From Gammaproteobacteria bacterium (lineage in GTDB: Bacteria > Pseudomonadota > Gammaproteobacteria > Coxiellales > Coxiellaceae), in assembly GCA_013287505.1 (NCBI GenBank), contig JABDDR010000001.1, positions 17,931-81,930 on the forward strand: DNA of 64,000 bases, given 5' to 3'. The notes under the pieces are model-generated. The model worked only from the letters and a program-made list of their open reading frames with translations, ran no database searches and had not been told where the DNA came from. Below, piece after piece: positions 56,196 through 64,000 of this stretch. How positions within the stretch are numbered: the first letter of the stretch is position 1; the number at the start of each line of letters is the position of its first letter. The position numbers were made by a program, and so were the translations under genes.

Positions 56196-59081
56196 TTATA
56201 ATTTTGCTATTGCCGCATCCAATTCTTCTTTTTGAAATGGTTTATCCAGATGGGGATTTTTGACTGTTTCTAAAAAATTCTTCAATTCAGGCGTATAAGC
56301 ACCACCACTCATAAAAATAATTGATTTTAATAATGCGGGGTATTTTTCACCGATTTTACGATACACATCTGCACCAGACATTTCTGGCATCATAATATCA
56401 ACAAGCAACACATCAAATTCGTTTTCATTTTTTGCTAATAATTGCATTGCTGATGCACCACTGGTGGCAATCGTAACATCATGCTTATCTTCGAGTAATC
56501 GTTTAAAACTTTTTAATAAGTTTTCTTCATCATCAATAATGAGAATACGTTTTCGTTTTATATTCAAAATATTCTTTTTTACTTCTTGTTTTTTCTTTTC
56601 CTGGGTGGCTAATTGCATTGGAAAATAGACTGAAAAAGTACTGCCTTTTCCAACAACGCTTTTCACCATTATTTTCCCGCCTAATTTATAAATAATATCG
56701 TGACAAATAGACAAACCCAATCCTGTTCCTTGTCCTACTTTTTTCGTTGTAAAAAAGGGTTCAAATATACGAGGTAAATTTTCAGGTGCAATACCTGATC
56801 CTGTATCGCAAATATCCACTCGAATAAAATCACCCTCTCTTTGCGTTGTAATACTGATTTTATTATTTTCAAGATTGTTTTCAGGAATGGCTTGCGCAGC
56901 ATTCATGATCAAATTGAGAAAAACTTGATGTGACTTACCGCTGCTTACCATTAATTTTGGCAGAGAATCTGTAAAGTTTTTTTCAATTTTTGCACGAAAC
57001 TTAAAACTGGGTGATGCCATATTAATCACGGCATTTAATGTATCGTGGAGATTGATGGGTTTGATTTCCACCTCATTCACACGCGCAAATCCCTTTAAAT
57101 CGTGAACTATGCTGCTAATACGAGCAGCACCATCAATTGATTCATTAATAATGGATTCAAATTTTGACATTTCTTTTTTTTGTGCAGGCACTGCATCCTC
57201 ATACAACGTATTCACCTGTGCTTTGATAAAATTTAGATTTGCTAAAATCCATGCAATTGGATTATTAATCTCATGCGCAATGCCGGCACTCAATGTTCCT
57301 ACCATTGCTAATTTATCATTTAACAATGCTTGTGTTCGGAGTTGATTGCGTTCAGTCACATCATTAACTACCACCATAATCAGCAGTTTATTATCAACTG
57401 CTATTCTGACAATCGAGTATTGATGCGTTAGTATTTTTCCCTCAAAAGTTTTTACGCGAGTCTCGCGCATTTCTACAAACCCTTTCTCTAACGCTTCTTG
57501 AAATGCAGCGTGCGCATATTTTAAATCTGCTTCAAACATAAATTCATGGAAATGTTTTCCAAGCATGAATTCTTTAGGACACTCTAATAATTTTTCACCC
57601 TGCTTATTCACTTCTAAAAAAACGCCTTCGGAATTGAGGATATAAATACCGCAACTGGCATTGTCCATCAAGGTCTTATATCGTTGTTCCGATGCAGCGA
57701 TCTGATGAAAGGCATTTGCTAATGCAATCGCATGTCCAATTTGTGCTCCCAGAGTGCGCGCAAATGATAAAGGATCAATACCAGTGACATCGGTCATTTT
57801 TGATCCTAAAAATAATAATCCCAAACACTGTGTATCTGCAATTAATGGAATTAGCAAAGCGGTTTTAAAGTCTGCATCTTTCAACAACAAATTATTAATG
57901 TTTTCTGGAACATCTGACGAGGGAAATCGCAATATTTCTTTTTTTGAAAAAACCTCTGTTAATAAATTAGGTTGTCCAAAAAAGGTATTTAACTGTTCTT
58001 TATCTGTTTTACTATATCCCAATACGTGCTGTGGTTTTAATTTTCCCTCACTATCAGCAAAATATAAAATACCCTTTGAAACACCTGCTGAATCAAGACA
58101 AACAGCCAAAACATCTTTTAATGCTACATCAATTCCTTCTTTGTTTGTTAATGCAGCTGAAATCCCATCCAATAATGACAGTTGTGCTGCTTGTAATGCA
58201 CACCGATTAGAAAGATTCATATTATTTTCAATCTGATGTTCAAGCTGACGAACCAATCGCTGTATATGTTCTTCTTTAAATGCATCGATCGATTCAGTTT
58301 TCTTTATTTCTTTTTTATTTTTAAAACATGAATTGAGTGTCGACACCAAATCTTGGGAATCAGGCGTTCGCGTCAAATAAGCATCAGCTGATACCTTTTT
58401 TGCAAGCGCACGGTCGGCTTCTTCTAGATAATTGGATGAAATTAAAATAACAGGAATATGCGCTGTTTTAGGATTTCGTCGAATCTCAAGACACAATTCA
58501 AATCCATCGAGGTGTGGCATTAATACGTCACTGATAACAGCATCAAACAAGTTTTTTTCAACACAATCTAGTGCAGATTTACCATCAGTAGCAGTTGTTA
58601 CTTCAAAGCCTGCATTAATCAGTTGCATACGCACTAACTTCAACTGAATAGAATTATCATCAGCCAGAAGAATGTGTTTTACAGCATTTTTTTCTTTATT
58701 GATCCATCGCACGGATGGGAGATACAATTGGATGGTTTCTATTAAATACGAAATTTCTACGGGCTTAATCAAATAAGCATTAAAATTAGCACCTGCGGCT
58801 TGCAGCTCATCCATTTTCGATAAAAATCCGGAAAGCGCTAATATGGGAATTTTATCGCCATTGGGTAATGCTCTTAATTGATTATTTAATGTTAAACTAT
58901 CCATATCAGGCAAAATTAAATCTTGTAAAATTAAATTGACCGGATGATTCATTGCCTGATACAAAGCAGTTGCGCCATCTTCAGCTTCTAACACCGTATA
59001 ATTTTCAGATTGTAATGCAAGGCGAAACATTTTTCGCGTTGTTGCATTATCTTCAATCACCAGGATAGTGGGATGTGACAT
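56196..59081 (-). CDS. Hybrid sensor kinase REC-REC-GAF-PAS-HisKA-HATPase-REC
   Basis: Three receiver domains are present: ILVIEDN...QDLILPDM; ILLADDN...SDVLMPHLDG; ILIIDDEE...VDIMMPEMSG. There is a GAF-like and a PAS segment, the H-box AGIAHEINNPI and the G-boxes DTGSGI/GTGLGLS. Confidence 0.88.
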   Translation of the reverse strand: MSHPTILVIEDNATTRKMFRLALQSENYTVLEAEDGATALYQAMNHPVNLILQDLILPDMDSLTLNNQLRALPNGDKIPILALSGFLSKMDELQAAGANFNAYLIKPVEISYLIETIQLYLPSVRWINKEKNAVKHILLADDNSIQLKLVRMQLINAGFEVTTATDGKSALDCVEKNLFDAVISDVLMPHLDGFELCLEIRRNPKTAHIPVILISSNYLEEADRALAKKVSADAYLTRTPDSQDLVSTLNSCFKNKKEIKKTESIDAFKEEHIQRLVRQLEHQIENNMNLSNRCALQAAQLSLLDGISAALTNKEGIDVALKDVLAVCLDSAGVSKGILYFADSEGKLKPQHVLGYSKTDKEQLNTFFGQPNLLTEVFSKKEILRFPSSDVPENINNLLLKDADFKTALLIPLIADTQCLGLLFLGSKMTDVTGIDPLSFARTLGAQIGHAIALANAFHQIAASEQRYKTLMDNASCGIYILNSEGVFLEVNKQGEKLLECPKEFMLGKHFHEFMFEADLKYAHAAFQEALEKGFVEMRETRVKTFEGKILTHQYSIVRIAVDNKLLIMVVVNDVTERNQLRTQALLNDKLAMVGTLSAGIAHEINNPIAWILANLNFIKAQVNTLYEDAVPAQKKEMSKFESIINESIDGAARISSIVHDLKGFARVNEVEIKPINLHDTLNAVINMASPSFKFRAKIEKNFTDSLPKLMVSSGKSHQVFLNLIMNAAQAIPENNLENNKISITTQREGDFIRVDICDTGSGIAPENLPRIFEPFFTTKKVGQGTGLGLSICHDIIYKLGGKIMVKSVVGKGSTFSVYFPMQLATQEKKKQEVKKNILNIKRKRILIIDDEENLLKSFKRLLEDKHDVTIATSGASAMQLLAKNENEFDVLLVDIMMPEMSGADVYRKIGEKYPALLKSIIFMSGGAYTPELKNFLETVKNPHLDKPFQKEELDAAIAKL

Positions 59082-59083
59082 AA

Positions 59084-59482
59084 TTATTTTTTTCCATTTT
59101 TTTTAAAATAACTTGCTACAATATCTGGCAATGCTTGTGTATTGATGGGTTTTGCAATATAACCATGACATCCTGCCGATAGTGCCTTTTCTTCATCGCC
59201 TTTCATGGCATAAGCAGTTACTGCTAAGATAATTGTATTTTTATATTGTGGATTGGCTTTGAGTTTTCGCGTTAACGCTAAACCATCCATGCCGGGTAAT
59301 TGCAAATCCATTAAAATAAGTCGCGGTTGGAATGTAGCAAGAATTGAAAGTGCATCATCAGCATCAATGGCAGTATGAACATCATAGCCAGCAATTTTTA
59401 GTGTTACTTTTGCCAGTTTTAAATTAATGGCGTTATCATCTACGATTAAAATTGATTCACCTGTCATGCCAAACCTCCTCAA
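59084..59482 (-). CDS. Single-domain (CheY-like) response regulator
   Basis: ILIVDDNAINL...ILMDLQLPGMDG...TAYAMKGD. It overlaps the 3' end of the upstream kinase gene. An alternative start is MTGES at 59467. Confidence 0.88.
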   Translation of the reverse strand: MRRFGMTGESILIVDDNAINLKLAKVTLKIAGYDVHTAIDADDALSILATFQPRLILMDLQLPGMDGLALTRKLKANPQYKNTIILAVTAYAMKGDEEKALSAGCHGYIAKPINTQALPDIVASYFKKNGKK

Positions 59483-61421
59483 GTGCTGCCAGCAATCTAT
59501 TCGGGACGACTGGTTTTACGAGAAAATCTTGAATCGCAAACCCCATACTGGCTGATTTTTCAGCAATGACTGTAACGACTATAACAGGAATGTCGCGATT
59601 GAATTTTCCTGCGCGCAAATCACGCAGCACATCCCAACCACTCATATCAGGCAATATTAAATCGAGCGTTACCGCATCAAACTGTCTTTTCTCTGCCAGA
59701 CGCAATGCTTCTGCACCACTGGCAGCAGTAACAACAGCATAACCTGCTTTTTTTAATGTATTCACTATCAGCTCTCTGTCTTTTTCTTCATCTTCAATCA
59801 CTAAAATTGTTTGCATACCTGGCGTTGGGACAGAAACTATTTGTTCTTTTATTATTTTTTCGTCGCTTTCATGTGCAGCAGATTTTCGCGGCAAAATAGC
59901 AAAAAAAGTGCTGCCTTTTTCAACCACGCTTTTAACACCCACGCTACCACCCTGCGCTTCAACAATACGTTTGGTTAACGCCAAACCCAAACCAGTGCCT
60001 TGATATTTTTTGGAAATCGTCGCATCTAATTGTTGAAATTCGACAAACAATTTTTTCAAATCCTCATCGCGTATACCAATGCCCGTGTCTCGAATTTCCA
60101 ATCGAAAATTATTTTTTCCTTCAGCGAGCACACAAATATGAACTTCACCACCATCAGGTGTAAACTTAATCGCATTTGAAATATAGTTATAAAGCACTTG
60201 TTTTAATTTAGCGGGATCAATGATTACCTCGTTAATTTTAGGATCGACACTCACATCCATTTTAATTTGTTTTTTTGAAATTAATGTTCGCAAAATATCA
60301 CGCACTTCGGTAATGATCTTTTCAAGATTGACAGTCTCGGGATGAAATTCCATTTTACCCGATTCCACTTTTGCAAGATCCAGCACATCATTTATTAACT
60401 GTAATAAATGACGCGAGCTCAACAATATATCTCCGAGATATTCTTTATGATCTGCAGAAACGGGGCCCACTTTTCCGTTATACATTAATTCTGCAAATCC
60501 AATAATGCCATTTAATGGCGTGCGTAATTCATGTGACATATTTGCTAAAAATTCACTTTTCAAACGACTGGCTTCTTGCACTCTGCGATTTTGCATTTCT
60601 AATTCTTCATTTTTTACGTGTAATTGTGATTCCAAGCGTTTTTGCTCAGTGATATCTTTTGAAATTAATACATAACCCAACGGCGTACCATCCGTTGCTT
60701 TGCGCAATGTGACGGAAACAGATGCCGTGAAATGTTCTCCATTTTTTCGTACACGTTCAAATGTGCCTTCGGCTTTACCGATTTTTAATGCGGTATCTAA
60801 TAATGCTTTTACGCGACCTGACTTATTATCCTCTTCAGTGTGCAAAATGGATGAGCTTTTTCCAACCATTTCTTCAGCGGTGTAACCATAATTACGACGC
60901 GCACCTTCATTCCAAATAACAATATTGCCCTTTAAATCTTTTGCGATAATTGAATTTTCTGTGGCGCTTTCTAAAATGCTATTTAAAAATGTGGTTGATT
61001 CAGTTAATGCACGATTTTGTTCGAGAATTTGCGATTCTAATTTTTTTTGAACGCTGATATCACGAACAGCTGCCAGAACCAACAAACCCTCGTCGGTTTT
61101 TAAAGGGCTTAAACTGATTTCAATCGGAAACTCAGCACCGTCTTTTTTCAATCCAAATAAGGCAAATCCTTCGCCCATTGATCGGGTGCGTGGCGCTGCT
61201 ATGAAATCAGTACGATGATGCACGTGTCTGCCACGAAAACGCTCCGGCATTAATCGTTCGACCAATTCACCCAGTAAATCAGTGCGTTCATAGCCAAATA
61301 ATTTTTCGGTTTGCTTGTTAATTAATACGATACGACCCTTTGCATCGATAATGACCAGGGCATCTGGCATGGCTTCTAATACAGCAGATAGGCGAAAAAA
61401 ATAAGAAAACTGGTTATCCAT
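59457..61421 (-). CDS. Hybrid sensor kinase PAS-PAS-HisKA-HATPase-REC
   Basis: Two PAS segments, H-box MSHELRTPLNGIIGF, DTGIGI/GTGLGLAL, and a C-terminal REC ILVIEDEE...LDLILPDMSG. The ATG at 61421 has an AAGGA upstream; the ORF-track start is 61457. Confidence 0.88.
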   Translation of the reverse strand: MDNQFSYFFRLSAVLEAMPDALVIIDAKGRIVLINKQTEKLFGYERTDLLGELVERLMPERFRGRHVHHRTDFIAAPRTRSMGEGFALFGLKKDGAEFPIEISLSPLKTDEGLLVLAAVRDISVQKKLESQILEQNRALTESTTFLNSILESATENSIIAKDLKGNIVIWNEGARRNYGYTAEEMVGKSSSILHTEEDNKSGRVKALLDTALKIGKAEGTFERVRKNGEHFTASVSVTLRKATDGTPLGYVLISKDITEQKRLESQLHVKNEELEMQNRRVQEASRLKSEFLANMSHELRTPLNGIIGFAELMYNGKVGPVSADHKEYLGDILLSSRHLLQLINDVLDLAKVESGKMEFHPETVNLEKIITEVRDILRTLISKKQIKMDVSVDPKINEVIIDPAKLKQVLYNYISNAIKFTPDGGEVHICVLAEGKNNFRLEIRDTGIGIRDEDLKKLFVEFQQLDATISKKYQGTGLGLALTKRIVEAQGGSVGVKSVVEKGSTFFAILPRKSAAHESDEKIIKEQIVSVPTPGMQTILVIEDEEKDRELIVNTLKKAGYAVVTAASGAEALRLAEKRQFDAVTLDLILPDMSGWDVLRDLRAGKFNRDIPVIVVTVIAEKSASMGFAIQDFLVKPVVPNRLLAALEEVWHDR

Positions 61422-61541
61422 TGATAGGCATCCTTGCGCACATGTCACCACATTCATCTATTGTATAGAGTTTGTACGCCCTTTACTAAAGTTGTCAAAC
61501 AAGTACTATAGAATATATCCATCAAACTGAGTCATAACACG

Positions 61542-62411
61542 ATGAAACACTCCTTTTCTCGCATTATTATTTTATTATTCTGCTTTACCCTTCGGTGTGA
61601 GGCTAGCGAGAGCGCAGAACCACCGAAAATTGGTAATTTTGCATTGCCAGGATCTCAGCAACCAGGTCCTCTTGTTGGTTTTGGGCAGAATATTCTTGAT
61701 AAGCATGAAACGCAGTTAACTTTATCTGCTAGTGATTATGCAGGCATAGACAAGCATTTTATTGATCTGACGCCTTCTGTCGTATACGGAATCACAGATA
61801 AGCTTTCTGTTTCGGTTAATGTGCCTTATGCAGCGAGCTTTAAAACGGGACCAGATCACTCTACCGGATTTGAAGATGCATCCACACAAGTAGAATATGC
61901 TGTTTATAACAAGTCAACGTCTCGCTTTGAAGATCAAGCAACATTACTCGGCGGCATATCAGTCCCGACTGGCTCAACTCAAAAAATGCCTCAAACAGGT
62001 CTTGGATCACCTAGTTTCTTTCTAGGAACAACCTTTGATCGCACCTATGTCAAATGGTTTGTTTTTGCTGCGCCAGGTGCAGAGTTAACAACAAATGACG
62101 ATGGCACTCAATTTGGCAATAATTATTTGTATCAGATGGGATTTGGAAAAAATATCACAAATGTAAATGGATGGATCTTGGCATGGATGACAGAAGTCGA
62201 TGGAACATATACACAAAAAGACGTTATTAACGGAATAACTGATCCCGATTCAGGTGGCAACGTCATTTACGCGACGCCATCATTTTGGGCTTCTACCAAA
62301 CAATTTATTTTTCAATTCGGTGTTGGACTTCCCATTTCGCAAAATTTGAATGGGGATCAAACACGAGAAACGTATTTGATAGATGCCAATTTGAGTTGGA
62401 GTATTTATTAA
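61542..62411 (+). CDS. Outer-membrane beta-barrel protein (MetA-pathway/transporter-like)
   Basis: Signal peptide, alternating beta-strand pattern, and the C-terminal aromatic ending LSWSIY. Confidence 0.55.
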   Translation: MKHSFSRIIILLFCFTLRCEASESAEPPKIGNFALPGSQQPGPLVGFGQNILDKHETQLTLSASDYAGIDKHFIDLTPSVVYGITDKLSVSVNVPYAASFKTGPDHSTGFEDASTQVEYAVYNKSTSRFEDQATLLGGISVPTGSTQKMPQTGLGSPSFFLGTTFDRTYVKWFVFAAPGAELTTNDDGTQFGNNYLYQMGFGKNITNVNGWILAWMTEVDGTYTQKDVINGITDPDSGGNVIYATPSFWASTKQFIFQFGVGLPISQNLNGDQTRETYLIDANLSWSIY

Positions 62412-62426
62412 AAGGATGTCATTCGA

Positions 62427-62882
62427 ATGGAATCGGATATTCAAGAATATCTTATCCTGCTCTTAGCGCATGAACGGGTTTTACTACCCATTTCCATGGT
62501 TCGCATAGTTTTAGCTATTCCCGCATTGAAAACCATACCAGACCAAGATCCCGCCTTTAAAGGCTTGCTCAATTTCCATGGTACTGGTATCGCTGTATAT
62601 GAATTATCAAAGCTGATTGACCCTTCATTACCCTTTGAAATCACCCTCGATACACCGCTCGTGCTCACGCAAATTTCAGAAGGTGCTATGGGAATTTTGG
62701 TAAGCGAAGTCATCGATATGGTGAAAATTCCAAACGCGTTATTACAAACACCCCTGCCTGATGCCATGCCCTTTGTTAAAGCGATTTACGAAAATCAAAA
62801 TGAAGCAGCTTGGGTTTTGGATTTGGAAAAACTGGTGCAGTATCATCGATTACGATTGAAGCATGAGATGTCGCATGAATAA
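62427..62882 (+). CDS. cheW: CheW-like coupling protein
   Basis: 151 aa with a CheW-domain pattern: LLLAHERVLLPISMVRIV...GLLNFHGTGIAVYEL. Confidence 0.75.
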   Translation: MESDIQEYLILLLAHERVLLPISMVRIVLAIPALKTIPDQDPAFKGLLNFHGTGIAVYELSKLIDPSLPFEITLDTPLVLTQISEGAMGILVSEVIDMVKIPNALLQTPLPDAMPFVKAIYENQNEAAWVLDLEKLVQYHRLRLKHEMSHE

Positions 62883-64000
62883 TTTAATGCAAAAAATGAG
62901 GCTGTGGGTATCTGAGCAATTTGGGATTTGTTTGCAAGAAAATCAACTTTCCAGGATAGAAAAATCATTGCATCAATTGAAGCGGTTATTAAACTTGAGT
63001 GATGATCAATTGCTATCACGATTAAATGATCAGAATGCATCTGTTTTAAATGCTGTTATAAATATTGTTACGGTCCAAGAGAGTTATTTTTTTAGAGATA
63101 AATCTTTATTTAATTTATTGCGTAATGATTACTTACCGTCACTCATTCAAGCAAAAATAAAAAATAATGATTATTCAATACGCATTTGGAGTGCGGGATG
63201 TTCCCGTGGAGAAGAAATATATTCTATTGCTATTTTATTAAATGAATTACTGCCTAATACTTCAAAATGGCATTGTACTTTAATTGGCACTGAAATCTGT
63301 AATTGGGCATTAGAAGAAGCAACGACCGCTGCTTACAGCTCAATCAGCATGCGAATAATTGATGAACGCATACGAACCAGTTACTTCATCGAAAAAGAAA
63401 ACAAATATTATTTGCAGCCACCAATCAACACGCAGGTTAAATTTTATTATCATAATTTAGCAAAAAATGATTATCCGAGCGAAAAATTTGATCTTATTTT
63501 TTGTCGTAATGTTTTTATTTATTTTTCAAACAAAGCCATTGAACACACGCTCAAACAGTTTAATCATTGTTTGGCAGAAAATGGTAGATTATTTTTAGGA
63601 TCGTCTGAGTTTTTAAGTTACATACAGCATCCTTTTCAACAAAAAATAGAACGAGGCGTTACTTATTATTCACATATAACCGCAAAAAAAGAAAAAGCAT
63701 TGCCTATACAAACAGAGGTTATAAAAAGCTACGCTGTCACTCAAGCAACCGCGTCAGAAGAAATGCAAAAAATCAGAACGTTGTTAGAAAATAAACATGC
63801 GGAAAAAGCATTGTTATATATTGATCAGTATATAACGCATCATCCAGAAACATCTTTATTTTGTGAGTATAAAGCACGAGCATTAAGTGAATTGGGTGAT
63901 ATTGTAACAGCCAGAGAGTTTTGTAAAAAAGCCATTTTTCTTAACAATTTGAATAGCAATGCTTATTTATTAAAAGGATTAATTGATTTGTCACTCAAAA
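62875..64000 (+). CDS. cheR: CheR-type SAM methyltransferase with C-terminal TPR repeats (3' end outside window)
   Basis: Own translation from ATG 62875 (8-nt overlap with cheW) gives MNNLMQKMRLWVSEQFGI...QESYFFRD...IRIWSAGCSRGEEIYSIAILL...FDLIFCRNVFIYF, then TPR-like repeats. The frame is open to the window end. Confidence 0.8.
   Translation, partial: MNNLMQKMRLWVSEQFGICLQENQLSRIEKSLHQLKRLLNLSDDQLLSRLNDQNASVLNAVINIVTVQESYFFRDKSLFNLLRNDYLPSLIQAKIKNNDYSIRIWSAGCSRGEEIYSIAILLNELLPNTSKWHCTLIGTEICNWALEEATTAAYSSISMRIIDERIRTSYFIEKENKYYLQPPINTQVKFYYHNLAKNDYPSEKFDLIFCRNVFIYFSNKAIEHTLKQFNHCLAENGRLFLGSSEFLSYIQHPFQQKIERGVTYYSHITAKKEKALPIQTEVIKSYAVTQATASEEMQKIRTLLENKHAEKALLYIDQYITHHPETSLFCEYKARALSELGDIVTAREFCKKAIFLNNLNSNAYLLKGLIDLSLK

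Noticed and set aside
57754-58236. 160-aa plus-strand ORF, and similar antisense ORFs inside lon, clpX, tig, mfd, the RND pump and the kinases
   Set aside because: They are antisense or off-frame within long genes that have unambiguous family motifs, and there is no independent support.

Overview
A 64-kb chromosomal segment from a visibly AT-rich gammaproteobacterium. Gene content and order suggest a Legionellales/Coxiellales-like organism, but that is inference only because no search was run. Most of the window is conserved housekeeping: pmbA; lon-clpX-clpP-tig-tRNA-Leu; an MCE/Mla-like ABC operon; a tRNA His-Arg-Pro cluster; dapE; mnmA; mfd; bamD/rluD; htrA; an RND efflux pair; SPFH; pnuC; lemA plus an M48 peptidase; two MATE pumps; bcp; and a PIF1/RecD-like helicase. 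Three things stand out. (1) A degraded, integrase-less island of about 5.8 kb sits between tRNA-Asn (42868-42942) and a 54-nt imperfect copy of the tRNA 3' half (48688-48741). It carries a tightly coupled AAA_21/COG1106 ATPase plus RloB (Toprim-like) pair, which looks like a split OLD/PARIS-like candidate defence module. It also carries an unknown two-gene cassette, an orphan AbiEi with a decayed AbiEii, and a chimeric beta-lactamase/LysR pseudogene. (2) The window is colonised by several palindromic repeat families. One is a 26-bp REP-like unit (GTAGAGACGTCGATTTATCGCGTCTC) at six or more loci, including in-frame inside a gene and as tandem half-site arrays. Another is a 175-bp MITE-like element in two copies with 8-bp target-site duplications, plus a related 165-bp palindrome in the tRNA cluster. 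There are also long hairpins between convergent genes and a heptanucleotide microsatellite filling the clpP-clpX spacer. (3) The 3' quarter holds a five-gene operon with three histidine-kinase cores (one MHYT-type), six receiver domains and a REC-degenerate GGDEF-EAL output, with no Hpt domain visible. It lies divergent from an outer-membrane protein, cheW and cheR-TPR cluster. All calls come from reading the sequence and the ORF translations; no database search or folding was run.
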